Source: Scyliorhinus canicula (Eukaryota). From it: 64,000 nt of DNA. The notes under the pieces are model-generated. The model did not search any database, was not told the origin of the DNA, and was given only the letters and a program-made list of their open reading frames with translations. The stretch covers positions 11,962,546 to 12,026,545 of the forward strand of contig NC_052158.1 of assembly GCF_902713615.1 (NCBI RefSeq), written 5' to 3'. The first letter of the stretch is position 1. Each line of letters opens with the position of its first letter. Below are positions 1 to 13,352 of this stretch, piece after piece. The position numbers and the translations under genes were made by a program.

Positions 1-659
1 TCATTTGTTGTGAAAGGCATGGTGAAGAGGTGCATTGTTTGTTCTCCCTACTGCTGGATATCCCTCGACTTTTCATCTCTCCACATGTCCCATACTCCAT
101 TTCTCTGCACTTCACCCTCGCCTCTAAGTAGCTTCTGCTCAGATTAAGCCCGGTCGGATATTGCCTCTCTCTTGCCGCCGGTCTCACTGCGGCGTGAACA
201 CTCCCCCAAACTCCAAATCTGTGAACAATTCACCAGAATATTGGACTGAAACCCGGCGCTGAGACCAGATTGAGTCTCTGACCAAATTCATTTGGCGAGC
301 ATTGGGTTGACTAGCTACCTGCCTGCCTGGGTCCATGGGGTCATTGAAAAGCTGATCCGCATTCACTGCAGGCTGCCTTTCACCCTCACTGTTCTAAGGT
401 TGAAGCTATGGCGGCTAAGTTGTGCACGCTATGATGCTATAAAACCTATAGTTATTCACCTTTTCTCTGAAGATTAAGGTCTTGAAAAAAGCATTTAGAT
501 AAGAGTATAAGACTAAACTCTCCCTTATCCAGTGTAAAGACTCCCGAATTCGAGATCTGACAAGGGCATCAGTGACTGTTTAACTTGGAGTCTGGGGACC
601 GATTTCTACCTTTGCCATCTCGATATATCAATCAGGAAAAAATAAGATAAGTGTATTAC

Positions 660-892
660 CGGGTTTAATGAAGTGTATCATCTCCTTCCACGTTCTGTAC
701 TGTAAAAGACCGTTGAACTTTATGATAGACAGGGCGCCACCTTTTACTGTTAATGTTTGACGTTCCTCATTAATCCTGCCAATATTAAACTGCTGTTATA
801 AACTGACCACAAACAATGTTTTGAGTTATTTACTAACTTGTTCAGAGATACGGGAAAGACCTGTCCTACCTTCTCTTCCGAGACGCCTCCTC
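660..892 (-). CDS. TRIM A exons 4-5: 870-892 and 660-775
   Basis: tttcag|GAGGAGGCGTCTCGGAAGAGAAG|gtagg (23 nt) and ggcag|GATTAATGAG..ATTAAACCCG|gtaat (116 nt); homologous to the paralog exons at 15649-15883. Not in the ORF track. Confidence 0.85.
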
Positions 893-3800
893 CTGAAATA
901 AATCAAACACAGACCGTAAGCGGGACTGCGACAGCGTTTACAGAGGAATAAGTAGACACGCTGATGAGGAAATTTAATGCAAAGAATGAATTGTGCAATT
1001 CGGGAGAACATTAAGGCGAGGCAATCTAAAACCAATGAGACCATTTTAAATTGGGTGCCACAAGAGATCATTTACAAAAATTATTAAGATGAATGGGAAA
1101 TGAAGTGGGATTTATTTTATTAAACAATGGCTTGTGGCGGTCTGAATGCATTGCCTGGTAGGGTGTTGGAACTCACGTGCCACGGTAATTTCCCCAAAGG
1201 GACAATACGGGATAGTGCTGACGATTGGAAAATCTTGCAGGCAGCTGACAAGAGCAAAATGTGGCAAGCTGCCTCCTTTTAGGGATTTCAAACTGAAAAT
1301 TCTGATTTGCGTGCCAGATATTGGAATTAAACATCGATCTCATCGACAGGAACATGGATTCTCATTGCCAGAAGGTCACATCCACACACACTCACCAATT
1401 CAATTTAAACTGGATAGTGATACCAGATCTTAAAAAATAAATAACTTCAGGTGGACTTTAATCCGGACAAATGCAAGGTAATGCATTTTGGAAGGTCTAA
1501 TACAGGTGGGAAATAGACAGTAAATGGCAGAACACTTAAGAATATTGACAGGCAGAGGGATCTGAGTGTACAGGTCCACAAGTCACTAAATGTAGCAATG
1601 AGGTGGAGAAGGTAGTCAAGAAGGCATACGACATGCTTGCCTTCATTGTCCGGGCACTGAGTATAAAAATTGGCAAGTCATGCTGCAGCTGTATTGAACC
1701 TTAGTTAGGTCCCACTTGGAATATCGTGTTCAATTCTGGTCGCCACATTACCAGAAGGACGTGGAGGCTTTGGTGACGGTACAGAAGAGGTTCACCAGGA
1801 TGTTGCCTGGTATGGAGGACAATAACTATGACGAGAGTTTGGATGAACTCAGTTTGTTCCCACTGGTGTCATGGGAGAGTACCTTTAAGAAATGGGTATT
1901 TATAAATGAGTGTGTATATACATATCTGTAGTGAGAGTACCTTTACAAAACGAGTGTTCATCACTGCAGTGATGTCAGAGAGTGTTGGAGCTGAAACCAG
2001 ACCAAGCAGGTGTACTGCTGTTCTCTCTGCAATCAAAAGACGATCTCTTGATCATTTGGTGAATTCAGAATTATAAATGTTTTCAGTAGTGACTTTAACC
2101 TGATATGCTTCTGATAAAGGTTTGTCTTTAAGTCCTATGGATGTTAAAAAGGAAAGCTTAAAGGTTTACTTAGTGTTGGTCTTTGCGGGTTGTATGCAAA
2201 TTTATGGTTGCCAAGATGTTCACTATATGTTTTAAACATGTTAACTTGAGCTCATAGAATAAACATTGTCTTGCTTTAAAAATACTTTTCCATTTCTGCA
2301 GTACCACACCTGTAGAGTGGGCTGTGTGTTCCTCATACCACAATCTACTAAAAGTTGTGGGTCAGGGGAACACTATGATACACTATGGGGTTCTCTAAAC
2401 CCTGGCCCAAAACACTGGAATGATGGAGGTTTAGGGCAACCAGATAGCAGTCAGCAAAATTATGAGGGGCATGGACAGAGTGGATAATCAGAAACTTTGT
2501 CCCAGAGTGGAAGAGTCAATTACTCGGGGACATAGAGTTTAGGTGCGAGAGATGATTTTAAAAGAGATTTGCTAGAGATGTTTTTAACACAAAGGGTGCT
2601 TGGAACTCGCTGCTGGAGGAGGTGGTGGAAGCAGGTTCTATAGTGACGTTTAAGGGCATCTTGGCAAATACATGATTAGGATGGGAAAAGAGGGATACAG
2701 ACCCCAGAAGTGTTGAAGGTTTTAGGTTAGACGGGCAGATTGATCAGCCCAGGTTTGGAGGGCCGGAGGGCCTGTCCCTGTGCTACACTTTTCTTTCTTC
2801 TATGTTCCGAGTTCAGAAGCAAGTTACAAAATAAGTTTGAACATCACTAATTATCCCCTTGACATTCAGGAACTTGACTCTGCTGACAGCGTGGAACGGT
2901 TAATTCGATGAGAACAACAGAACCGACCCGGAATAGATCAATCCATTTAAGTCACTTCAACTTTTCAGAAAACTTACATGTATTTCAAAATCTTCATCAA
3001 ATATTTTGTGACTGTGAAGTTTCCCTGAACTGACCGGCAATATATTCCCTCACCTTCAGAAATATCAGCTCGTCTTTTTGCTCCATCTGTTTCCGCAACT
3101 TCAAGCGTTTCTCCTCAATAGAATTTAAGTTCTCCTGAATCTCTCGAAGGTTTTTCTCCATTGGTTCTAGAATCCTCTCCTCTTCTTCCCTGAGATCTCT
3201 GAGTAAACGCTGCTCTTTCTCAGTGAGAATCTGGCGCATTTTACTGAACTCGGATGTGATGTGGGTCTGCAGACTGCCCGACTGTTCCTACCAAATGAAA
3301 TGTGAAACATAATTAATGTCCCGCGATAAAGGGAACAAAACTAACCGAGATCCCAGAAAATCAGCACAGGGAGACCTTACCCTAACTTCAGAAATCTTCC
3401 ATTTTTGTTTCTGTTCCGTTTCTAGAACCGCCGATTTCTTCAATGAGAGAGAATCTAAGGAAGATATCAGCTGGTTCTGGGATTGGGATAGAAAATAATA
3501 GAATAAACGATTTTGAATATGGAAATATGCCACTATAATCTAGTTGTAAAATATTTTTTCCTTTACCTTGCAGATTTCAACAGCTTCCTTAATCGGCAGG
3601 AAGTTATGAGATTTGTGTTCCCGCGAATCTCTGCAAGTGTAACAAATCAATTTCTTGTCAGTTTCACAAAACAGCTTCAGTTCGTCCTGATGTTCCTCAC
3701 AGTGAAGTTTACTTTCCTCTGCTTTCGGACTCAGCTTTAATTGCCGAGCTTTCTCGGCCAGATTCGCTAAGGCGCGATTAACCTTCAAGTTTCTTTCCTG

Positions 3801-3974
3801 AAACGCCGCTTTGCATTCCGGGCAGGAGTTCAGCTTCTTTTCCCAACACAGGATGATACAGGGACGGCAGAAGTTGTGTCCACAATCCAGAATTACCGGA
3901 TCCTTGAAGAAATCAAGGCAAATGGGACAAATTGTGTCCTCGGTCCAATTCTCGCTCTGCAGTCTGGAAGCCAT
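660..3974 (-). CDS. TRIM gene A (RING-Bbox-coiled coil; TRIM27/39/A33/NF7-like class), exons 1-5; last PRY/SPRY exon expected outside the window
   Basis: Exons 3567-3974 (ATG MASRLQSE; C3HC4 [22 protein letters not shown]; B-box CEEHQ..FCETD..C..C...H), 3381-3476 (96 nt), 3054-3287 (234 nt), 870-892 (23 nt), 660-775 (116 nt, ..FNGLLQYRTWKEMIHFIKP). All GT-AG with consistent phases and exon sizes typical of B30.2 TRIMs. Confidence 0.92.
1455..2810 (+). mobile_element. CR1 (HER1-like) LINE 3' part, split by a solo LTR
   Basis: LEYRVQFWSPHYQKDVEALVTVQKRFTRMLPG; 3' tail gggcctgtccctgtgct. Confidence 0.88.
1867..2414 (+). mobile_element. Solo LTR (probably Gypsy-type), 548 bp
   Basis: TGTCATGG...CCAAAACA termini, 4-bp TSD CTGG (1863-1866, 2415-2418), internal AATAAA; interrupts a contiguous CR1. 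Confidence 0.8.
3054..3476 (-). CDS. TRIM A exons 2-3 (coiled coil): 3381-3476 and 3054-3287
   Basis: NQLISSLDSLSLKKSAVLETEQKQKWKISEVR and [35 protein letters not shown], with canonical splice sites. Confidence 0.9.
3567..3974 (-). CDS. TRIM A exon 1 (RING + B-box2)
   Basis: ATG at 3974, donor AAG|GTAAAG at 3567/3566; 408 nt, open frame. Confidence 0.93.
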
Positions 3975-4431
3975 GTTCACAATCAGCACTTCCTGATACA
4001 AACTGCCTTCTTTGACACTTTGACTTCCAGTGTTGCAAAATGATTTCGGTTCAGCTATTTCGTTCACCACACTATTAAACATATTATTATTCAATATTTT
4101 CCCATGTCTCATCGGTACTTTTACCGAGAAGCAAACTGGAGCCGTCTCAAGTTAATACGGGGTTAGCGCAGAGGGCAAACAGTGAAGACCAATGAATCTT
4201 TTGGCAGTGGGGGACGGGAAAGAGTTGTTGGGGGAGGGGCGCGGCGAGGGGGAAGGGGATAGGGGCAGGATACCGAGATGGGCGGAGATCGAGATTCAGT
4301 TGCACTTCTCCAAACGGAGCTTGCTGCCCACTGTAAACCCTCCAGTAAAACAGGTGGAATTATTCGGATCCAGGAACTATATTGTGGTGACGATAGAAGC
4401 CGCTCAGCCTAAAACTCAAACATAGTAATGT

Positions 4432-4620
4432 TAGAACATACAGTGCAGAAGGAGGCCATTCGGCCCAACGAGTCTGCACCGACCCATCCAAGCCCTCACT
4501 TCCACCATATCCCCGCAACCCAATAACTCCTAACCTTTTTGGTCACTAAGGGCAATTTATCATGGCCAATCCTCCTACCTGCAGGTCTGTAAACTGTGGA
4601 AGGAAGCCGGGGCACCCGGA
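4432..4620 (-). mobile_element. 5'-truncated HE1/V-SINE
   Basis: V-domain ggattggccatgataaattgccc plus CR1-type tail. Confidence 0.8.
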
Positions 4621-4869
4621 ATTCAGCTCTTTGCTCCGGCTGGGGGAGATGTTCAGTTTGATGGATTGGCTTCCTCCGGGAGCACACGGCTCTAGATCTC
4701 ATTCAAGTCATAATCCAAACTCTGGCCTGCAGTCCTGCTCCACACCTTATCATGTACTTCCTCTTTGTTAGGAACTGGCGAGCTGCACTCTCTTCGATAA
4801 GAATCCACAATGAACAACATTGAAGCACATGGACGCATTCGAATGTTCAGTTTCGTGGAATCTCAGGGG

Positions 4870-7800
4870 GAAATTAACCATAAAAAGAAAGCTAATGATA
4901 GTCACAAATAAACTTAACACTGCAGAGAGCCTAGAGGAGTATAGAAAGTACAGGGGCCAATTAAAAAAGAAAATAAGGAATTCAAAGGGAGGGCATGAAA
5001 AATATTAGCAAGCTAGATTAAGGAAACGTCAAGGATGTTTTACAAGTATATAGAATGAAAAAGGATAGTTATGGGAAAAGTGAGACCTATCAGAGATTAA
5101 TAAGGCAACTTGTGTGTAGGTTCAGAGGATATGGAAAGAGCATTCAACGATTTTTTGTCTCTGAATTTACAAAGGAAAAGGATGATCATGATGTAGTAGT
5201 TCAAGAGGAGCAGTGTGAAATATTGGTGTTCGTGGAGTTGGAATACTTGAAAGTGGATAAGTCACCAGGGCCGGATGGATTGTTTCCTAGGATGTTTAGG
5301 GGGGTCAGGTAGGAAATAACAGGTGCCGTGAGAAATTTTTTCCAATCTTCATAGGACACAAGGAAGCTGCCAGAGGACTGGAAGAATGCAACTGTAGTGC
5401 CATTGTTTAAAAAGGGCACGAAGGATAGAGGAGCTTCCACTGAAAAGGGCAGAGAGGAGCTTCAGATACCTGGGGGTCCAGATAGCCAGGAGCTGGGGGG
5501 CCCTGAATAGGCTGAACTTTACGAAGCTGGTGGAGCAGATGGAGGATGAGTTCAGGAGGTGGGATGTGTTGCCACTCTCCCTAGCGGGCAGGGTCCAGTT
5601 GGTCAAAATGACGGTGCTCCCGAGGTTTCTGTTCCTATTCCAGTGTCTACCCATCATGATCCCAAAGGCTTTTTGCAGGAGGGTCAGTAGGAGTATTACG
5701 GGGTTTGTGTGGGAGCAGAAGACCCCGAGGGTGAGGAGGGTATTCCTGGAGCGGGGTAGGGAAGTGGACGGGTTGGCGCTGCCCAACATGTGTGGGTACT
5801 ACAGGGCTGCAAACGTGGCAATGATACGTAGGTGGGTGATGTGGGGGGATGGGGCAGCGTGGAAGAGGTTGGAGGTGGCGTCCTGTGTGGGCACGAGCTT
5901 AGAGGCGCTCGTGGCGGCGCCGTTGCCGCTCCCCCAGCAAGGTATTCTATGAGTCCGGTAGTGGTGGATACCCTCAAAATCTGGGGGCAGTGGAGGCGGC
6001 ATGGGGCGAGGTGAAGGCATCAGTTTGGTCCCCGATACGGGGGAACCACCAATTTGTACCGGGGAGGATGGACGGAGGGTTTTTGAACTGGCACAGGGTA
6101 GGTATCAGGTGGATGGGGGACCTCTTTCTCGATGGGAAGTTTATGACCTTAGAGGAGTTGGAGGGGAGGCGGGGTCTCTCCCCAGGGAATACCTTCAGCT
6201 ATATGCAGATTAGGGTGTTTGTTAGGCAGCAGGTGGCGGAGTTTCCACTGTTGCCACCAAGGGGGGTTCAGGACAGAGTGCTGTCGGGGACGTGGGTCGG
6301 TGAGGGGAGGATCTCGGCAATCTACCAAGTGATGCAGGAGGGGGAGGAGGACTCGGTGGAAGAGCTGAGAGCGAACTGGGAGGAGGAGCTGAGAGAGGAG
6401 TTCGATGAGGGGACGTGGGTGGATGATCTGTGGAGGGTGAATTCCTCCCCCTCTTGCGCACGGCTTAGTTTAATCCAACTAAAGGTGCTGCATAGGGTGC
6501 ATATGACTGGGACCAGGCTGAGCCGGTTCTTTGGGGGAGAGGACAGGTGTGGCAGGTGTTCGGGGAGCCCAGCAAAGCACACCCACATGTTCTGGGCGTG
6601 TCCTGCATTGGAGGACTTTTGGAGGGGTGTTGCTGGGACCTTGTCAAGGGTGGTTGGCTCCAGGGTGGAGCCGGGCTGGGGGCTCGCAACTTTCGGGGTA
6701 GCATCGGAGCCGGAAGTGCAGGAGGCGAAAGAAGCTGCCATTCTGGCCTTTGCGTCCCTGGTAGCCCGGTGGAGGATTCTTTTACAGTGGAAGGATGCAA
6801 AGCCCCCAAGCGCGGAATCCTGGATCAACGACATGGCTGGGTTCATTATACTGGAGAGGGTCAAGTTTGCCCTAAGGGGATCGGTGCAAGGGTTCTTCTG
6901 GCGGTGGCAGCCGTTTTTAGACTTCCTGGCAGAGCATTAGGGCTGCCAACTTCAGCAGCAGCCCGGGTGCGGGGGGGGGGGGGGGGGGTTACTTGTTCGC
7001 TATGGGGGATGGGTGTGTGGTTTCATGGTTTAATGCTCATTCTTATTGTTAATTTATTGTTTTTGTATTGGGGGGGTTACTGTTTTTCTTTGTTTTGTTG
7101 GTTAAAATTTGTTGAAAATTTGAATGAACATTATTTTTTTTAAAAAGGGGCATGAAGGATAGACCAAACAGTTATGACCAGTTAATCTTACTTCAATGGT
7201 GGGTAAACTGTTAGTATCAATCCTGAGTCATTGGATAAACCATCACTTAGAAAGGCGTACACCAGTCAGAGATTGTCATATTGTTGTTGTTAAGGGAATA
7301 TCATGACTTATAAATTTGACTGAATTCTTTGAGGAAGAGGCAAGGAGCATAAATGATGGTAGTGCAGTGGATGTTGTCTACATGGAGTTTAGTAAGGCCT
7401 TTGACAAGGTCCCACATGGCACAGTGGTCAAAAAAGAAAACATCCATAGGATGCAGGGTAATGTGGAAATTTGCATCCAACGTTGGCTCAGTAGAAGGAA
7501 ACATGGCAATGGGTGATAGCTGTCCTTGAGAATGGAAGGACATTTCAAGTGGTGTTTCGCAGGTCTCGGTGTTGGGACCCCTGCTGTTTGTTTTATATAT
7601 TAACGATGTGTACTTGAACGTGGGGGCAGGATTGGGAAATGTGGCAAAAGTTGACAGTGTAATGGGTGGTGTATTGGAACAGGTGTCATCTCCAAAATCA
7701 CATGGATGGGTTGGTGGAGTAGGCAGGAAAGTGGCAGATGGTGTCTACTTAGATAAGTGTAAGGTAGTGCATTCAGGAAGGTTACGCAGTAAACGGGAAT

Positions 7801-8520
7801 ACACAATACACTGCAATATACCTAAAGGGGGAGGTAAAATGAGTGATCATGGCGTGAAAGTGCACAGGTAGATTAGGTTATAAAGAAGGCATATGGAATC
7901 TTGCCTCCATTGGCAGAGGCATAGAATACAAAAGTAGGGATGTACTTATGGAACTGTAGAAGACACTGGTGGGGCCATAACTGGACTAATGTACGCAGTT
8001 GTGGTCACCACATTACAGGAAGGACGTAAATGCTGTGGAGAGAGTGCAGAGAAGATCTACTAGAATGTTACCAAGGCTGGAGAATTGTAGCTACACAGAG
8101 AGATTGGAAATATTGGCGTTTTCCTTGGATTAAGAAGGTGGAAGGGTGACATGATTGAGCTATACAAAACTGTGAGGGACAGAGATCGAATAGATATGAA
8201 GAACCTGTTTCCCTCGGCAGAGATTTGAAAATACATTAGGCAGAGATTCAAGCTAAATGGTACAAGTATTAGAGGGGACATGAGGAAACATGTTTTTGTG
8301 GAGACAGTAGCGGGTGTATGGAATTCGCTGCCTGAGCTGGTGGTGGAGGCAGAGACCCTAAACTATTTTTAAATATTTGGATCTGCACCTTAAATGCTGA
8401 AAGTTGCCGTGCAATGGACCGTGTGCAGAAAGATGGGAATACAAAGGACACCTGGGTGTCTTTGGGTTGGCACGGACGATGTGGGCCGAATGGCACCATA
8501 CTATGCTGTGAGAATTATAT
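4870..8520 (+). mobile_element. CR1 LINE (RT region, decayed), interrupted by an L1 at 5430-7140
   Basis: KSPGPDG, PEDWKNA.VVPLFKKG, DVVYMEFSKAFDKVPH, LGPLLFVLYIND. Confidence 0.88.
5430..7140 (+). mobile_element. 5'-truncated L1/Tx1-clade LINE (ORF2 C-terminal part)
   Basis: LPLSLAGRVQLVKMTVLPRFLFLFQCLP, GLALPN, C-terminal CCHC (CGRC..HMFWAC); about 22-bp TSD taaaaagggcacgaaggataga / taaaaaggggcatgaaggataga. Confidence 0.92.
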
Positions 8521-9894
8521 GGTCCGATGGTTCGCAATATTACAACTCCCTTTTCCTGACACGTTTGTCATTCTGTCTGAAGAAAGTTTATATGGTTTAT
8601 AGGTTAGGACTCGTAAACAGCACACAAGTCTCAACGTGGGCTCTCAGAAAGACTAAAAAAACAAATTGCTTCCTGTATTCTTTATCCTATTCTCCCAACA
8701 TTTTCAAATAGAAAAAAAACAGAAGGTAACAATAACCTGGTGGAGGGTTATATGCAAATACATTTTCGGTGGATGTGATGGGGTGTACGATGCCTTTTCT
8801 CAGGTTGTCTACGTATCATATTTTTTGGTGCCCAATGACGTAGCAGGAGTTAAGCGTAAGAATTTGTTCAGGATAGCCACTCCCACCACAATATTCATGA
8901 AGAACTGACACAAGGGATGTAGCAGATTGGGAGTGATTCCAACATGCCAGGGTGTTGAGACAAAGACCACCAACAATTCTATTCATGTCCTGAGTTTGCT
9001 AGTCACTTATTTTCTAATTTTTTGTACCGTGCCATTGGAGCATTATTGACTTGATGTAAAGCGTATTGGTTGATATGTAAATGTGATACAGAGTAAATCT
9101 GAGCAAGCTAAATACTGTAGAATCTATCAAATCCTATAAATTGGTGGACAATCTTAATTCGTCTATATTTTCCTAATTGTGAACATTACTTTGGAAGTTT
9201 TTTATATGCTGACTTTTCCCAATGATAGCCATGAAATATGTATTACTGTGAAGCAATAGTGCCAACCACTGTGCTACCATGCTACCCTGTTGTCCAGGGA
9301 GACCTCCTTGTTCCTCTTTACTGTGGAATGAGAAATATCCACTTGATGCAAATACAGCTTATGTTCAAATATCTCACAGGAAGGACTGACCAAATGATAG
9401 GAAGACATGAAAATGAGTGGGTAATTCAGCTATTTGAACTATTTCCACTTTCCAAATCAATCGTGACTCATCTCTCCCTTAATTAATTGTGTGCCCCTTA
9501 AATCTTTGGATACCAAGAGAAGGCCCTGACTGTCCCAATATCTATAATTCTTTTTGGGGGGGGGGGGGGGGGGGGAAAGAAAATTCCCCTTTTCTCAGAT
9601 GCTTTGCAGTGAGAAAGTGCTTCCTGATTTCACCCCATGGTGACAATGCTGCTAATGGGTCAGAGCATTTTCCAAAATCAAGTAGAATTTCTGACAGGGA
9701 GGATTGTCGCCAATGACAGAAATGTCCCAGAATTTCCTTCCATTGAAATAAATGTAAGGAATTTCCACTGGGCTGCGAAACATGAGGTTTTCCTTCCTGT
9801 GCTGCAGAAAGGAGCTGTTTAACACCCAAACATGAGCAATAAAAATACACCTGGATGCTCCATATGACAAAATATCTGCAACATTTTGCAAAAA

Positions 9895-11090
9895 CAGGGG
9901 GATTCTCCATCGGCCGATGCCAGAATTGGAAAAGGTGATTGGGCGGAGAATTGGTTTTGATGCTGAAATCATGGCGAGCACCGGTTTCACGCCAAATCGC
10001 AATTCTCCGGTGCCTCGACAGCGTCGTCAATACGTTTTACTCTGCAGTACAGAAAACGCGTTCCCATATTATTAATACTGACCCAGTATTCTCCAGGGCC
10101 CCCATGATTCGCCGCCTCCACTGAGGAGAATTCCCAATGGCAAGGTTCACTTGTGCTTTTAAAATTTGAGAAATCAGCGTCATGGCTAATGAGGAAGAGA
10201 GAGGAGGTAGAACACGGAGACACACGACCGTGGGCTGCTGGTTCTGACACTGGCCAGGCGGGGGGACGAGGCCCGCCAGGGCTGGGGACCACTGCACCCC
10301 GCAAAGGACTGGGGCAGAGTACAGGCACGGATTACCATTGCAGTAGCCTGAAAGGCAGCCACCTTGTTGCGCACCCCACTGACCACCCACCTTGGCATCT
10401 GGTTCTGCAGAGTGACACCGGCCATATGGGCGACCCCACTCCACCCCCTCCCCACACCCTAGTCCCCGCATTCCACCCCCCACACCCCAGCCCCCACTCT
10501 CCACCCACCACCCGTGCACCCAACCTCCAACATTCCACCCCAACCGGCCACCACCCATGGAAGCATACGGCTCACCCAAGGCAATGCCTATTATTGCCAT
10601 CACGGGGGGCAATGGACTGGGGCTAAGGACCATACCCTTGGCAGCAGGGACGTGCACCAGGGCCAGAGGCCCCCATGGTGCCGGGCACCAATGGGGCCTG
10701 GGGTGCAGAGAGGGGATGGAAAGGGTAAACATTCGGGATAGAGTCCGCAGTGCCAACTGGGTCCACCGTGTTGCCCGGTGGACCTTTGTAGGCATAATAT
10801 TATGCATCATTGTCACACGCCGGCCTTTCACACCCTGCAGACAATGGATATTGGTATTCAAGCAGTGCCGGTATTCCTCCTAGTCGCCTTAGCCGCTGAG
10901 GCTGTACGGGCTGGAGTTCCTTGAGAAGGAGGATGTTACAGCAGTGGAATGCACAGACGTGGAGCATGCTCCAGAGAAAAAGGAGGCAGCCGCTGACCAT
11001 GGAGAGCGCTCACCCAGCAGGCCGAGGAGGAGGAGGAGGTGCAAAGGAGGTGCCACCTGAGGCCTCGTTTGTACAGGCAGTGCTGTCATG
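9895..11090 (+). mobile_element. GC-rich DNA-transposon remnant, possibly PIF/Harbinger-like
   Basis: Terminus ggggattctcc with a related copy near 62087-62190; RRCHLRPRLYRQ resembles a Harbinger transposase N-terminus. Family assignment is from memory. Confidence 0.45.
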
Positions 11091-11199
11091 CGTTATTCTC
11101 TTTCCATTTGCTTTCTGTATTCCCAACTTAACCAAAGTGGTTTCTGATTTCTCGGGTCAACCAAGGAAACATCGCATAATGTCACAGTCTTTGTTTTCT

Positions 11200-12232
11200 C
11201 CCTGATGGATTACCAGGTGTGACTTGCTGCTGGGGAAGAGCCTCAAGAGCAATCCAGGTAAGATGTGGATAGCCTATCAGGGGAAAGCAACAGCAGCCAG
11301 AACCGTGGCCACAACTGGTTCTGTTGTTCAGCATAGGAGAGCAAAGTGCAGGAGAGCAATAGTTATAGGGGACTGTATAGTAAGGGGCACAGTTAGGTGC
11401 TTATGTGAATGTGAAAGATAATATGTTGTCTCCCTGGTGCCAGGGTCAAGGATGTCTCTGACAAACACAGGACATCCTGAAGGGGTGAAGAGCCAAAGGT
11501 CGTAGTGCACTTAGCTATGAAATCTGAAGCAAAAACTGACTTGGGAGTCCTTGTTCACGATTCTCTTAAGGTTAACCTGCAGGTTCAGTCAGCAATGAAG
11601 GCAAATGCAAGTTAGCATTCATGTTGAGAAGGCTAGAATACAAGAGCAGGGATGTACTTCTGAGGCTATATAAGGCTCTGCTCAGACCCCATTTGGAGTA
11701 TTCTGAGCAGTTTTGGGTCCCATATCTAAGGAAGGATGTGCTGGCCTTGGAACGGGTCCAGACGAGATTCACAAGAATGATCTCTGGAATTAAGAGCTTG
11801 TATGAGTAACGGTTGAGAACTCTGGGTCTGTGCTCATTGGAAGGATGAGGGGGATCTTATTGAAACTTACAGGATACTGTGAGGCCTGGATGGAGTGAAC
11901 GTGGAGTGGATGTTTCAACTTGTAGGAATAACTAGAAACAGAGGACACAATCTCAGACTGAAGGGACAATCCTTTAAAACAGAGATGAGGAGGAATTTCT
12001 TCCGCCGGAGGGTGTTGAATCTGTGGAACTCTTTGCTGCAGAAGGCTGTGGAGGCCAAATCACTGAATGTCCTTAAGACAGAGAGATATAGGTTCTTGAT
12101 TAATTAGGGGATCAGGGATTATGTGGAGAAGGCAGGAGAATGGGGATAAGAAAAATATCAGCCATGATTGAATGGCAGAGGAGACTCGATGGGCCGAGAG
12201 GCATAATTCTGTCCTCTGTCTTATAGTCTGAT
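11200..12232 (+). mobile_element. Internally deleted CR1 (ORF1 esterase fragment joined to RT 3' end)
   Basis: RRAIVIGDCIVRG (GDS-type esterase motif), then LYKALLRPHLEYSEQFW..ERVQTRFTRMI and the 3' tail. Confidence 0.85.
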
Positions 12233-12659
12233 GCCATAGCGCCTTTGCCTTTCCCATGGGTCTGTCTCAACATCCTCCCTGTGAAGTACTTCCTGTTTAT
12301 CAGTAAGTGGGAGAGCAGCCAGCGCTGTCTGAAATGTGAATCTGTAGCTCAGAGTTCAAGTGTCTCAAGATTTGTTTTTTTCTGTTTCCAAAACAACCCC
12401 AATATTCCAAAACAGATACCAAACAATCTCCAAATGCATTGTATATTGCATCAAGGCAGCTTGTAATGCAGGCCTCCCTGCCAATATAGCAATGTTCTGC
12501 ACTTCGATTACTCCAAGTGGCAGTGAGTAATTCTCACCACTATGTAAGCCAAGAGTATCCTGACATTTCAGCAGAGATGCGACTCCAAGATCTTCCAGCA
12601 TCAGTTGATGTGATTTTGACTCGGCCATTGTCGTTGGGTAGGATCCACTGAAAATAAAT

Positions 12660-12828
12660 TAAAATCCCTTATTGTCACAAATAGGCTTCAATGATGTTAC
12701 TGTGAAAAGCCCCTAGTTGGCACATTCCGATGCCTGTCCGGGGAAGCCGGAACGGGAATTGAACCCGTGCTGCTAACCTTATTCTGCATTACAAGCTAGC
12801 TGTTCAGTCCACTGTACTACACCAGCCC
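12660..12828 (-). mobile_element. Short tRNA-derived SINE with Rex1-like tail
   Basis: A/B-box head; tail ggcttttcacagtaac..gtgacaataa; similar copies at 17476-17640 and 51840-52155. Confidence 0.75.
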
Positions 12829-13009
12829 GTTGAGAGCAAAAGCTTGGGTTTTGGGCTGGTTAGCCAGGAGGTGGACCAGAAAGATAATGCCGGATTTATA
12901 CCTCCAGCCCTTTCCTTGGTCATCCAGTGCGCCTGGAGATCGAGTTCCACCCCAGAAAACTATTGACAGAATCTAGGCAGAGACTCCAGCGCAGGACTCA
13001 GGAGAAGCT

Positions 13010-13352
13010 GGACATTGAGAGCTGCGTTTTTCGGATGAGAAGTTGAATAGACTCTTTGTTCTGCCTCTCAGGCGGATGCAAATGTCTCTATCGCACCAAC
13101 GGGAACAGGGAAATCCCCCCCCCCCCCCCCCCCCCCCCCCCCAACAACATTTCTCCCTTATCCGGCACCTAACCACTGTCACCCTGGACATTGATTTCAT
13201 AGCTGTTCGTGAGAATTTGCTGTGCTCAGATTGGCTGATGTGTTTCCCTAAATCACATCAATGTCTATAGGTTCTTCGTATTTCGCGGTATTTTAAACCC
13301 TTTGGGCCATCCCGCGGCGGTATAAGGCGCCAGAAAAATGCAGAATCTTTAT
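13010..13352 (+). mobile_element. DeuSINE-like (SacSINE1/AmnSINE1-related) ancient SINE
   Basis: tttcggatgagaagttgaa..ctctcaggcggatgcaaa and gctgttcgtgagaatttgctgtgctcagattggctg resemble the Deu domain; L2-like tail aaggcgcc..aaatgcag. Confidence 0.6.

Noticed and set aside
10037-10861. 274-aa minus-strand ORF
   Set aside because: Lies in a GC-rich transposon remnant; low complexity and no recognisable motif.
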